A stretch of 64,000 bases of DNA from Chlamydiales bacterium (lineage in GTDB: Bacteria; Chlamydiota; Chlamydiia; Chlamydiales; JACKPQ01), in contig JACKPP010000002.1 in the NCBI GenBank assembly GCA_024233455.1, positions 98,825 through 162,824 on the forward strand, read 5' to 3'. Under the pieces are notes generated by a model. The model did no database searches and was not told the DNA's origin. It saw only the letters and a list, made by a program, of their open reading frames with translations. Shown piece by piece: positions 43,606-53,587 of the stretch (its first letter is position 1; every line of letters begins with the position of its first letter). A program made the position numbers and the translations under genes.

Positions 43606-46600
43606 AAGCCGGCTTGGATGGTGGATTGGTCTTGTCTTCCTCAGCCTATTTACCCTCATTGCACTTATTCCCACCGTAGCTTCGACGCAGTGGGGTATCG
43701 AGCAACTCTCCCGCTTTGTACCCGGGAAAATCACCGTTAAAAACGCCCACTTAAGCTGGTTTAGAGGACAAACCATTGAAGGATTTCACTACAAAGGACC
43801 ACAAGCCACCTTTACCTTCGAGCATTTCTCCACCGACAGCTCACTTGTCACCTTGCTCCTCACCCAACGAGCGGCAGACACCAAACTCATCTCACCGAAA
43901 CTCACTCTAGAAACCTCTCAAATTGCCAAGCGAGAAAAAAAACATAGCGCATTCTTCCTCCCTTTTAAAGGAGGCGTAGACATCCAAAACGGTTACCTCG
44001 CAATCAAAAGCAACCAGACAACAGCTGCCGAATTTCAAGCGATCGAAGTGCATCTCAATATCGACGAAAACGCTCTACCTATTACTCTAACTGCCAGTGG
44101 AAAAACTAGCTCTGGACCCACCGTTGGAAACTTCAACATCACTGGCCAAATCGCTAGCGGTAAAACCAACTCCGAACTTTCAAAATGGATCACAGGAAAA
44201 CTCGGCCTGCCAAAATCTACACCGTTAAACTACACCCTCGATGTGAACCTGCGAAACTTCCCTCTTACTGGCACCCTAAACGCTGCCATAGGACCCACTC
44301 TCACCCTTCAAACTGAACTTCATGCCGGCGACGCCGAGGACACCTTATCTCTGAGCGCCCACAGCCAGCAGCTCAATGCCAACATCAACGCAAAAGCGCC
44401 TGCCAGCAGCTTACTTATCGCCAGCGGCTCAACGGCAAACTGGCAAATCACACCCCCATTCTGGCAAATATTTGGCACCAATCTAAGGCTTTTGCAGCCT
44501 GTCCAAGGCAACTTTAGAGCAGAATCCATCGAAATTCCCATCGGCATGTGGAACCAAGCTACCGGTCAAGTCACAGCTACTTTCACCGATGGAGTCATTA
44601 CCCCTTCTGCCAAAGATGCTCCCGTCACAATTAGCCATACGACCATTCAACTTAGCACTCAAAATCTGCAGCAAGCCCTGGACATTGCCATCTCATCGGC
44701 CCTAAATAACGGTCTACTCACAGCAAATTTCACCTATCCCCAGCCGCTAGAGGGTGCGCCGACTCTCTACGCACTACTCACCAAACTCAAAGCCAAAGCA
44801 ACCAACTTTCCTACGGCTTTATTTGGCCTTTCCGACTACTTAGGAGAAGCTCTCAATTTCGCTATCGAATCTGATAATAACATCTTAGACATCAGCGCCT
44901 CATCTAATCTGCTCAACGCGCGCATGCTAGAATTTAAAATCACCCCTCAGGCACTTCAGCTCAGAAGACCTGCTGACATACGCTACACCCTCAAATCTAT
45001 GTACCTAACATCCGAGACGCCCATTAGCATCTCCCTATCCGAACTCTATCTACCCAGCCTCTGGCAGCAAATGCGCTTCCAAGGCCAGCTATCAGCCTCG
45101 CAAGCAACCCTAAAACCCCTAGGAAGCTATGGACAAATACAACTGATCGATTCCAATCTTTCCATCAATGCCAAAACTCTTCACGATGCCAGCTTCACCT
45201 TCCTATCGCGCATGGGCTTTATCGGTCAAACGGGCCTTTTCAAAGAACTTCTAGGGCCAGCACTTAGACTAAGCGGGCAAGGTAAAGCCGATCTCACCGA
45301 ACGTTCTATACCCACACTCAAACTAACTGCGACTGGCAAAACATCGGAGCTCCAGATCGATGCAGCACTCGATGACCAAACTCTGATCCTAAAAAAACCG
45401 ATAAAACTCCAAACAATCCTAACCAAAAAAGCCTTCAATCTTCTTAAACCCGAAGCCCTTTCCAACCTGAGCCTGGTGCAAGACGCTCCTATCTCCTTCG
45501 CGCTTGACCCATTCAAACTTAAACTGCCAGAATTCACCTGGCAAAGCGCTCTAACTGCCAACTTCAAAGCGCCTACTCTTCAGCTCAAATCAAACCAGCC
45601 CTTTACCATTACAAATCTTGATACCAGCATTAGTCTATCGACTGAAACCACTGCTATTGAAACGCGTGGCCATATCCAAGATGGAGCGTTTGACCTCAGC
45701 CTAAACCTCAATAACCCCGATAGCACCATCCAAAAAGCTGATGTCGCTTTTACCTCCTTTTCCACTGCCGTCCTAGACAGTTTACTTGCCCCTGAACAAT
45801 CCTTATCAAACACCTTGGGCTCTACTTTCGATCTCAACTTAGACATCGACCCCAAACGCTACCAAATCCATCTCACAAGTCCCAATCTCTCCATCGCTGG
45901 CGCTTTTAAAATCGACACCCATAACTACATCAACTCAACCAACACCCCCCTAACCATCACATACCTACTTACTCCCGAGGCCTACCGAAACTATCAAAAA
46001 ACGGCCCAATTCACCTTGGCAAGTCCGGCAAAAATTCAACTCAACATACAACAGCTAAAAGCGCCTCTAAAATCCAAACCCACACTAAAAACACCCATTC
46101 CATCCATCAACTGGGACCTTAGCCAAATCCTCATCAACCTTAAAGCGCGCAGTGAAGAGCTAACCTTTACGCAAAATAAAATCCAAGCATCGCTCCATAA
46201 CCTGGACCTGCACCTCAAAAAAACGACCCTGTCTGATCCGGTACAATTTAACCTTGATGCAGGCGTTAGCACCCAAAAAAATGCCAAAGCAAAGCAACAA
46301 TCTGGCAGCATTCAGCTAGCTGGCAGCCTCACCGACTACTACGACCAAAACGGCCACTTTTCCACCCAAAACCTCTCCACAGATCTTTCGGGACAAATCA
46401 AACAAATGCCTACCCTACTGCTCGATGCTCTCGCGCCCGATTCGGCAGCGCTATTTGGAGACTACCTAAACGCTACCCTGGCAGCCCAAATCCACAACAT
46501 GAACGGAACTCTCACTTGCGCTGTCACAAGCCCGCACACCACCTTCAAACTCGACTCTTACCTTGCCAATGGCATCTTGCATCTACGCGCTCCCCTAAAC

Positions 46601-47263
46601 GCAGCCTTCACCCTCACACCGGCTCTAAGCAGCCTTTTTCTCAAGGATGCCAAGCTCGTTGCCCTATCGGCCGAAAAACCCATACGCCTCTACATCGATT
46701 CTCAAAATGTGGCCATACCCATTCGCAACTTCAACTGGCAAAACGTGCGTATGGGCACAGCGCGACTAGACTTTGGTAAAATCATCGTCGCCTCGCAAGG
46801 CTCAGCTGCCGATCTCATTGAAATCTTTAAAATACGCCGTCCCAACCAAATCACGCTTTGGTTTGCGCCCATGGACTTTTCCATCAAAAGCGGAAAAATG
46901 GACATCCAGCGCACTGAAATCCTCTACGATGCGGCCTATCAAATCGCCATCTGGGGACGCATCAACTTTCCTCGTCGCTATGTAGATATGACCCTTGGTC
47001 TTACCGCTCAAAGCCTTCAGCGTGCCCTAAACTTACAGCTTCCTCCCTCCTACGTTCTCACCGTGGGTATTGAAGGCCCCTTTGGCAACGTCCATATCGA
47101 CAAAGGAGACGCTATTGCTAAAATTGCTCTCATCATTGCCGACCAAAGTGGCCTTGCTCCTCGGCAAGGCATTGCCGGCGGCGTCTTCGGCCTCATCCAG
47201 GGCCTGGCCCAGGATCAATCAAACGTGCCTCCTCCTCGCCCACCCTTCCCTTGGTCTAATTGA
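43595..47263 (+). CDS. large AsmA/TamB-like envelope protein (signal anchor plus ~1,150-aa beta-rich region)
   Basis: N-terminal anchor RLGWWIGLVFLSLFTLIALIP is followed by GKITVKNAHLSWFRGQTIEGFHYKG, typical of AsmA/TamB N-termini. The body is long, low-complexity and S/T/L/N-rich. The call rests on architecture, not strong motifs. The track start at 43580 is TTG; ATG 43595 overlaps the Nudix stop by 11 nt. Confidence 0.55.
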   Translation: MENKSRLGWWIGLVFLSLFTLIALIPTVASTQWGIEQLSRFVPGKITVKNAHLSWFRGQTIEGFHYKGPQATFTFEHFSTDSSLVTLLLTQRAADTKLISPKLTLETSQIAKREKKHSAFFLPFKGGVDIQNGYLAIKSNQTTAAEFQAIEVHLNIDENALPITLTASGKTSSGPTVGNFNITGQIASGKTNSELSKWITGKLGLPKSTPLNYTLDVNLRNFPLTGTLNAAIGPTLTLQTELHAGDAEDTLSLSAHSQQLNANINAKAPASSLLIASGSTANWQITPPFWQIFGTNLRLLQPVQGNFRAESIEIPIGMWNQATGQVTATFTDGVITPSAKDAPVTISHTTIQLSTQNLQQALDIAISSALNNGLLTANFTYPQPLEGAPTLYALLTKLKAKATNFPTALFGLSDYLGEALNFAIESDNNILDISASSNLLNARMLEFKITPQALQLRRPADIRYTLKSMYLTSETPISISLSELYLPSLWQQMRFQGQLSASQATLKPLGSYGQIQLIDSNLSINAKTLHDASFTFLSRMGFIGQTGLFKELLGPALRLSGQGKADLTERSIPTLKLTATGKTSELQIDAALDDQTLILKKPIKLQTILTKKAFNLLKPEALSNLSLVQDAPISFALDPFKLKLPEFTWQSALTANFKAPTLQLKSNQPFTITNLDTSISLSTETTAIETRGHIQDGAFDLSLNLNNPDSTIQKADVAFTSFSTAVLDSLLAPEQSLSNTLGSTFDLNLDIDPKRYQIHLTSPNLSIAGAFKIDTHNYINSTNTPLTITYLLTPEAYRNYQKTAQFTLASPAKIQLNIQQLKAPLKSKPTLKTPIPSINWDLSQILINLKARSEELTFTQNKIQASLHNLDLHLKKTTLSDPVQFNLDAGVSTQKNAKAKQQSGSIQLAGSLTDYYDQNGHFSTQNLSTDLSGQIKQMPTLLLDALAPDSAALFGDYLNATLAAQIHNMNGTLTCAVTSPHTTFKLDSYLANGILHLRAPLNAAFTLTPALSSLFLKDAKLVALSAEKPIRLYIDSQNVAIPIRNFNWQNVRMGTARLDFGKIIVASQGSAADLIEIFKIRRPNQITLWFAPMDFSIKSGKMDIQRTEILYDAAYQIAIWGRINFPRRYVDMTLGLTAQSLQRALNLQLPPSYVLTVGIEGPFGNVHIDKGDAIAKIALIIADQSGLAPRQGIAGGVFGLIQGLAQDQSNVPPPRPPFPWSN

Positions 47264-47437
47264 TTAGCAATCAATAAGCAATTTTCTTTAATAACCAACT
47301 CCTGTATGTTCAAGAGACGTTTATATTTGTAAACAACTAGTATGAAGGAGTTTATTTGTTAAAATAATTATTATGATTTAATTTTAATAATTAATACATT
47401 ATAATTTTTGTAAATTAATATCAAAAAAGACTAAAGT

Positions 47438-48904
47438 ATGCTCAAGGTTACAAATTCTACAATAAAAACTTTTTTTCCATCGATGGAAGCTCTAACCACT
47501 CATAAAATCGTGGCTATAGTGAAACGTCATCCATGGGCTACAGCCTTTACTGTGGGAGTGGTTGCTTTGACAGCAGTTGCAGGATTAGGCCTCTATGCCT
47601 TTAGACAGCACAAGCCGAAACCCGCGACTATTTTAGAAGCTGTCATGCAAGGAAATGCTAAAGCCCTAAAAGATCTTATAACAAAAGCCAATATAAACTG
47701 TCCCCTTCATGGTGGGTTGACACCCTTACATCTTGCTGCTGAAAGAGGGCACACTAAACTAGTTAAAATTCTACTAGACGCTGAAGCCGATATCAACGCC
47801 ATCGCTCCTAAAGGAGAAACTCCTCTACACATCGCAGCTGAACGAGGGTTCGTGAAAGTAGTTAAAATCCTACTAGACGCTAAAGCTGATATCAACGCCA
47901 TCAATCACGATGGAAAAACTCCTTTACATATTGCTATTATGTATGGCTGTGATGAAGTGGTTCAAGCTTTACTAGACTCCAAAGCTAATATTAATATAAA
48001 CGCTGGCGATCAAGACGGATTTACTCCCTTACACTTTGCTGCAGCGCATGAATGTGCTCATCTAGCTATGGCTTTGATTAAAAACGGAGCAGATATTAAA
48101 GCTGTGTCTCAAAATAAAGTAACTCCCTTACATGTTGCTGCAGGTTGTGGCAGTGCTGATTTAGCTGTAACTTTAATTAATAAAGGAGCAGATGTGAATA
48201 TTAAGAATGAGGATGGATTAACGCCCTTACATTTTGCCGCAAAATATGGACACGCTAACTTAGTTCAGATCTTAATCAAGCTAAAGTCAGATCAAACCAT
48301 AAAAACCACTAAAGGCAGAACTGCGCTTGATCTTGCACAAAAAGCAAACGACAAAGACACAGTAAATAAATTGGATATAAACCTGACGATGAATAACGGA
48401 TCGACAGCCCTGCATCTTGCACTGCAACATGGCCATCCTAATATCGCTGAAATTTTGCTAGAAAATGGAGCAGCTATAAAAGCTAAAACCAAAAATGGAC
48501 TTACTCCACTACATTGGGCTGCTTATTTCGGATATGCCAAAATAGTTCAAACCCTCATCGACAAGGGAGCCGATGTGAACGTTACCTCAAAACGTGGAGC
48601 TATCCCCTTACATTTGGCTGCAAGGTGTGGACATGCTAGCGTCGTTTCAATGCTAATCAGCAATGGAGCGAAAACGGATTTGATTACACAATATGGAACC
48701 ATTCCCTTACATCTTGCTACAAATCAGGGACATGTTGAAGTGGTTCAACTTCTACTCAAAAAACCCGCTGATAAAAAAATACAAACACCGGATGGAAAAA
48801 CGGCCCTTGATATCGCAAAAGAGGAAAAAGAAAAGGCTGCAGTAGAGCAGCAACAACGCTTTGAGCAAATAATAGAGCTGCTGACAAATGCATCTGATGC
48901 ATAA
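47438..48904 (+). CDS. ankyrin-repeat protein with N-terminal transmembrane anchor (12-13 ANK repeats)
   Basis: It contains repeated 33-aa units G.TPLH.AA..GH..(V/I)V..LL..(G/K)AD(I/V)N.., e.g. GLTPLHLAAERGHTKLVKILLDAEADINA and GETPLHIAAERGFVKVVKILLDAKADINA. The TM is ATAFTVGVVALTAVAGLGLYAF. A 174-bp very AT-rich leader precedes it. Confidence 0.9.
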   Translation: MLKVTNSTIKTFFPSMEALTTHKIVAIVKRHPWATAFTVGVVALTAVAGLGLYAFRQHKPKPATILEAVMQGNAKALKDLITKANINCPLHGGLTPLHLAAERGHTKLVKILLDAEADINAIAPKGETPLHIAAERGFVKVVKILLDAKADINAINHDGKTPLHIAIMYGCDEVVQALLDSKANININAGDQDGFTPLHFAAAHECAHLAMALIKNGADIKAVSQNKVTPLHVAAGCGSADLAVTLINKGADVNIKNEDGLTPLHFAAKYGHANLVQILIKLKSDQTIKTTKGRTALDLAQKANDKDTVNKLDINLTMNNGSTALHLALQHGHPNIAEILLENGAAIKAKTKNGLTPLHWAAYFGYAKIVQTLIDKGADVNVTSKRGAIPLHLAARCGHASVVSMLISNGAKTDLITQYGTIPLHLATNQGHVEVVQLLLKKPADKKIQTPDGKTALDIAKEEKEKAAVEQQQRFEQIIELLTNASDA

Positions 48905-48946
48905 GCGCGAATTAGTGTTAGGGGTTTGTAGAGTATTGCTTGCTAC

Positions 48947-50014
48947 TTAGATTTTCATGACTGTGATCACACGGCCTTTGAACGGATTAATCACCACTTC
49001 TATATTACTAGTCAAATCTAATACACTCACGGTATTGCTTTCCGATTTTCTGATCACTCCATTGCGAATAGCGGATAGAACGTCCTTTAAGTTAAGTTCT
49101 CGCTCTCTCATCCGCTCCATAGCGTGCTGAGTTAGGCAAGAGAAACCATTAAACTTTCTTAATTGAGTTTTGGTAAGTCGATCCTGAAAACTGTGACCTT
49201 CTACTGAATAATTCGGATAAAATTGACTACTCTTTCCCGGAGGAGTTTTATACGTTCCAACAATCTCTAATTTACCCAGCTTGTTCTTCAAGGTGGTATA
49301 GGTTCTATGGCAGATAAGATTGGGATGTGCTACCATATCTACAAGGCTTATGGAATTTAAGATGGCCTCTTCAAATTGATCAATGTACTTTTGGTTGATA
49401 AGGTGAAATCTTGTGCCTGTAATTTCAAGACTTCTAAGGCTATTTGCCGAACGCATAGCTGTTGAAACCCTAGCAAGACCATCATTCGTCCAATGTTTAA
49501 CGTTTAGTCCGAACAACTCTATTATAGAGGATTCAAGAAGTTTTGTAGCCTCAAGACAGATCTTTGGATCAATTAAGTTTGTTTTCAAGGCAAACTCAGA
49601 GAGGCGTTTTGTATTTAAACAGCCCAGTAGCTGCACTAAAGTTTGTTTGCTACCTTTTTCTACACACAGCGAAATCTTGCTTAAATTTTCGAAAGTCTGA
49701 CATACAATGTCTGTCATTTTTGGTTGTAGATTCAAAAACTTTAAATCAGCGCTTTTTAAATGACTTAGCTTAGAAAAAAATAGCTCAACTCTGGTTGATT
49801 CACTACCTTTGAGTCTTTGGATGGTAAGAGAAATATGTTCAATAGCGCTTGAAGAGGCTATTTTAGACAGCCTATCCCAATCCTCACAGCGTAGCAGAGC
49901 ACCTCTAAGGCACAAATCAGTAACTTGGTTTGAGCTAAAGCCATCTAAGGCCCCTATAAGCTCGGCTCTTCTGATAAAACCACTTTCCTGATTGATGCTT
50001 ACAAAACTGCTCAT
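48947..50014 (-). CDS. RNI-type leucine-rich-repeat protein with C-terminal DUF4258-type toxin-like module
   Basis: LRR-like ~28-aa units are present (..LSKISLCVEKGSKQTLVQLLGCL.., ..IIELFGLNVKHWTNDGLARVSTAMRSANSLRSLEITG..). The last 62 aa, LTQHAMERMRERELNLKDVLSAIRNGVIRKSE...IEVVINPFKGRVITVMKI, match the H-A-x-E-R-M-x-x-R...G..I....(V)ITV pattern I associate with DUF4258. The track start is TTG 50020; the ATG is at 50014. Confidence 0.55.
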   Translation of the reverse strand: MSSFVSINQESGFIRRAELIGALDGFSSNQVTDLCLRGALLRCEDWDRLSKIASSSAIEHISLTIQRLKGSESTRVELFFSKLSHLKSADLKFLNLQPKMTDIVCQTFENLSKISLCVEKGSKQTLVQLLGCLNTKRLSEFALKTNLIDPKICLEATKLLESSIIELFGLNVKHWTNDGLARVSTAMRSANSLRSLEITGTRFHLINQKYIDQFEEAILNSISLVDMVAHPNLICHRTYTTLKNKLGKLEIVGTYKTPPGKSSQFYPNYSVEGHSFQDRLTKTQLRKFNGFSCLTQHAMERMRERELNLKDVLSAIRNGVIRKSESNTVSVLDLTSNIEVVINPFKGRVITVMKI

Positions 50015-50221
50015 AATCAAAGAGAATCTTATGTACCTATCTTCTTTTTTTCAAGGATTAGGTAAACAAAATACTGTTGGAAGGTTGTTTTATGGAATGG
50101 ATCATTGCTGTGTCTAGCTATGTTCTCTTCTTTTCCTGACCTATAGCATGGTAGCTTAAGGTATTGCTAAACAAAAAAATATCCCGTCCCATCTTTGTGA
50201 TATTATTGTTTGGGATCGGTA

Positions 50222-51277
50222 TTAGGCTAAGTCAATCTCTTTGCAAAGGTAGACGTCTTGGATGGCATTTAGAAGCTGAACCCCCTCTGACATGGGCTTC
50301 TGGAAAGCTTTGCGGCCAGAGATTAGACCAGTACCGCCAGCGCGCTTATTAATTACCGCAGTAGCAACCGCATCTTGTAAATCGTTATCGCCAGAGGCTC
50401 CACCTGAATTGATAAGGCCCATGCGCCCCATGTAACAATTGGCAACTTGGTACCGCGTTAGGTCAATTGGATGGTCAGAGCAAAGATCAGTATACATGCC
50501 CTCTTTGGTTTTTCCAAATTTGAGAGCCTTAAATCCCCCGTTGCATTCGGGCAGTTTTTGCTTGATGATATCAGCACCGATGGTGACACCGAGGTGATTT
50601 GCCTGTCCAGTTAGATCAGCAGCAGTGTGATAGTCGTGTTCTTTGGTTTTAAAGTCTGCATTGCGCAGATAGCACCACAAAATAGTTGCCATCCCTAATT
50701 CGTGAGCCACAGCAAAAGCCTCGGACACTTCTTGGATTTGGCGGCGACTTTCAGGAGATCCAAAGTAGATTGTGGCACCTACAGCTTTGCAACCCATTTC
50801 GTAGGCCTGTTCGATGTTGGCAAAGAGCGTTTGATCATAGATATTAGGATAGGTTAAGAGTTCATTGTGATTGAATTTTAGGATGAAAGGAATTTTATGC
50901 GCGTACTTGCGAGAGACAGCACCAAGAACACCAAGAGTAGAGGCCACAGCGTTGCAGCCACCTTCGATGGCCAGTTTGATGATGTTTTCAGGATCAAAAT
51001 AGTCGGGATTAGGTGCAAAAGAGGCGCCAGCTGTGTGCTCGATACCTTGATCAACGGGTAGAATCGATAGGTAACCAGTATGGGCTAATCTTCCATGTCC
51101 AAAAATCGACTGAAGGCTGTCAAGAACGCGGTTATTGCGGTCAGATTGAGCGTAAATACGGTCAATAAAATCAGGGCCTGGAACGTGAAGGCGTTTTTTG
51201 GAAATGGTTTTACAGGTATGTCCAAGTAAGTTTTCTGCTTGTTCTTTTAGGATCGATTCAACGTTTTGTTTGCTCAT
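50222..51277 (-). CDS. fbaB: class I fructose-bisphosphate aldolase (FbaB/DhnA type)
   Basis: It aligns by eye with E. coli FbaB as I remember it: [80 protein letters not shown]. The start ATG 51277 overlaps the stop of the upstream transporter as ATGA. Confidence 0.9.
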   Translation of the reverse strand: MSKQNVESILKEQAENLLGHTCKTISKKRLHVPGPDFIDRIYAQSDRNNRVLDSLQSIFGHGRLAHTGYLSILPVDQGIEHTAGASFAPNPDYFDPENIIKLAIEGGCNAVASTLGVLGAVSRKYAHKIPFILKFNHNELLTYPNIYDQTLFANIEQAYEMGCKAVGATIYFGSPESRRQIQEVSEAFAVAHELGMATILWCYLRNADFKTKEHDYHTAADLTGQANHLGVTIGADIIKQKLPECNGGFKALKFGKTKEGMYTDLCSDHPIDLTRYQVANCYMGRMGLINSGGASGDNDLQDAVATAVINKRAGGTGLISGRKAFQKPMSEGVQLLNAIQDVYLCKEIDLA

Positions 51278-52599
51278 GCTTTTTTTCCTTTTTTCCAAAA
51301 ACCTTCAATTTCTTCTAGCGTTTTGCCTTTTGTTTCAGGAACACGCTTCCAGACAAAGAAAAGCGCATACGCACAGATAATAGCATAAAGCAAGAATGCT
51401 CCGCTAGAGGTTAACCATTCCACTAGAGTTAAAAACGATAGTGAAACTAAGTAGTTGGCACCCCAGTTAGAAAAAATGGCTAAGCTCATGGCTCTACCAC
51501 GAATGCTGTGGGGATAAATTTCGGAAATAATCAGCCAGGCAACCGGCCCCAAACCAATGGCAAAGGAGGCGATATATACCATAAGGCTAATGACTGACAG
51601 GTAACTTTCTGCAGGTATTTCGAGCCAAAATGTTAAGCTAAGAGCCAGCAAGCCCACTGTCATGCCCAGCAGGCCAAAAATAAGCAAAGGTCTACGCCCT
51701 GCTCGGTCGAGCAACCAGACCGAAATAACAGTTGTGATCACGTTGACGATTCCAAGTCCTAAGCTGGCCCAAATCGCTGCTTTGGCAGTTCCAAAGCCGG
51801 CTAGACCAAAAATTTGATTGGCATAATAGATCACCGTGTTAATACCCGTGATTTGCTGCAAGATAGAAAGACCAAGACCTACGATAAGGGCTGGCACCAT
51901 AGCCCTTTGGAACAAAGAAGAAAGTGCAGCTTTTTTTTCTTTTACTTTTAACTTAGAGATGATCCTTTCTGTATTCTCTCTGGCCCGTATTTTTTTGAAA
52001 AGTTTTTTAGCGGCTTCTATTTTTCCATTCATCGCCAGATAAACAGGAGATTCAGGCAAGAATACCATACCGATTAGCTGGACAACTGCAGGGAGTAGCG
52101 CATAGCCAAACATCGCTTTCCAGTTTCCAGCATCTGCTTCAAACAGCCCAACAAGATAAGCCAGTAAAATGCCAACCGTAATAGCTAACTGGTTAAGCGT
52201 CACCAACGCTCCACGTTTTTTTGGAGGAGAAAGCTCAGAAATATAAAGGGGCACGGTCAACGACGAGATGCCAACACCGATTCCAGTGATAAACCTCCCC
52301 AATAAAAGCATCAAGAAGTGATTAGCAGAAATAAGGCTAATCCCACCCACGATAAAGAAAACATCGCTTATTAATATCACCGGTTTTCTACCGAAACGAT
52401 CTGATAAACTGCCGGCAAATCCTGCACCAATGAGCGCGCCAATCAATATAATACTGACGAGGAATTCTTGCTGCAAAGTGGTAAGCAAAAACGTGTTTTT
52501 CAAAAATAAAAGAGCACTTGATATCACAGCTGTATTGTAGCCAAATAAAAGACCACCAAGAGGCGCGATAAATCCAACACTATAGAGTAATTTACGCAT
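51274..52599 (-). CDS. MFS sugar porter (sugar:H+ symporter family)
   Basis: [48 protein letters not shown]; 12 TMs. ATG 52599 (MRKLLYSV) is preferred over ATG 52647, because 52647 would leave only 7 bp to divergent oppB. Confidence 0.85.
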   Translation of the reverse strand: MRKLLYSVGFIAPLGGLLFGYNTAVISSALLFLKNTFLLTTLQQEFLVSIILIGALIGAGFAGSLSDRFGRKPVILISDVFFIVGGISLISANHFLMLLLGRFITGIGVGISSLTVPLYISELSPPKKRGALVTLNQLAITVGILLAYLVGLFEADAGNWKAMFGYALLPAVVQLIGMVFLPESPVYLAMNGKIEAAKKLFKKIRARENTERIISKLKVKEKKAALSSLFQRAMVPALIVGLGLSILQQITGINTVIYYANQIFGLAGFGTAKAAIWASLGLGIVNVITTVISVWLLDRAGRRPLLIFGLLGMTVGLLALSLTFWLEIPAESYLSVISLMVYIASFAIGLGPVAWLIISEIYPHSIRGRAMSLAIFSNWGANYLVSLSFLTLVEWLTSSGAFLLYAIICAYALFFVWKRVPETKGKTLEEIEGFWKKGKKA

Positions 52600-52654
52600 A
52601 TTTGAAGGTGTAACATATTTGACAAAAGAAAGAAAAGTCTTTATCATTCTCGCA

Positions 52655-53587
52655 ATGCAGACGCGTTATTTTATTAAGAAACTGGCGATTTTGGTAGGCT
52701 CGCTTTATTTAATTGTCACAATGACGTTTGTCCTAATGAAAGTGATCCCCGGAGATCCTTTTATGCAAGAGCAAGCCATCCCCCAAGAAATTATTGAATC
52801 TCTCCATAGACATTACGGATTAGATCAACCGCTTCTTACCCAGTATGGTCGCTACCTTAAAGGGATAGTCACTTGTGATTTGGGCCCCTCATTTAAATAC
52901 GAAGGCCGAACTGTAGGAGAAATCATTTACGAGGGTTTTCCTGTCTCTTGTTGTTTGGGTCTAGAAGCCATTTTTTTGGCTTTTTCAGGTGGAGTGCTGC
53001 TAGGCTCGATTGCCGCTGCCAAGCGTGGTAAGTACCCCGATCAACTAGCGATGCTAATAGCCGTTATCGGCATCTCCGTTCCAAACTTTATCTTAGCATC
53101 ATTTTTGCAGTATATCTTTGCCATGAAACTCAATCTTTTGCCCGTTGCCAGATGGGGTAGCTTTGCCCAGACGATACTACCAGCTATTGCTTTGGCAGCC
53201 ATTCCTATGGCTTTTGTGGCAAGATTAACCAGAACTAACATGGTTGAAGTGCTAGAGCAAGACTACATTTTAACCGCTAGAAGCAAAGGCCTTTCTATGT
53301 TTCAAGTGATCAGACGTCACGTGTTTAGAAACAGCATTTTACCAGTCATTACCTACCTGGGCCCACTATCTGCAAACGTCCTAACTGGCAGCTTTGTGAT
53401 CGAAAAAATTTTCGGCATTCCAGGCCTTGGCAACTGGTTTGTGCTCAGCATCACCAATCGAGATTACACCGTAATCATAGGCATCACCATTTTTTATAGT
53501 GCGTTGCTATTAATTGCCGTCTTTATAGTAGATATTTTATCTGCTATTTTAGACACGCGCATTCAATACCGAGATAAAACTGCATGA
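52655..53587 (+). CDS. oppB: oligopeptide/dipeptide ABC transporter permease
   Basis: MQTRYFIKKLAILVGSLYLIVTMTFVLMKVIPGDPF is a typical OppB/DppB N-terminus, and an EAA-loop region ..ARSKGLS.. is present. The track start is TTG 52619; the ATG is at 52655. Confidence 0.85.
   Translation: MQTRYFIKKLAILVGSLYLIVTMTFVLMKVIPGDPFMQEQAIPQEIIESLHRHYGLDQPLLTQYGRYLKGIVTCDLGPSFKYEGRTVGEIIYEGFPVSCCLGLEAIFLAFSGGVLLGSIAAAKRGKYPDQLAMLIAVIGISVPNFILASFLQYIFAMKLNLLPVARWGSFAQTILPAIALAAIPMAFVARLTRTNMVEVLEQDYILTARSKGLSMFQVIRRHVFRNSILPVITYLGPLSANVLTGSFVIEKIFGIPGLGNWFVLSITNRDYTVIIGITIFYSALLLIAVFIVDILSAILDTRIQYRDKTA

Noticed and set aside
47260-47274. Hairpin TTGATT-AGC-AATCAA overlapping the stop of the AsmA-like gene, considered as a terminator.
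   Set aside because: The stem is an all-A/T-dominated 6 bp with a 3-nt loop and no clean U-tract directly after it. That is too weak to annotate.
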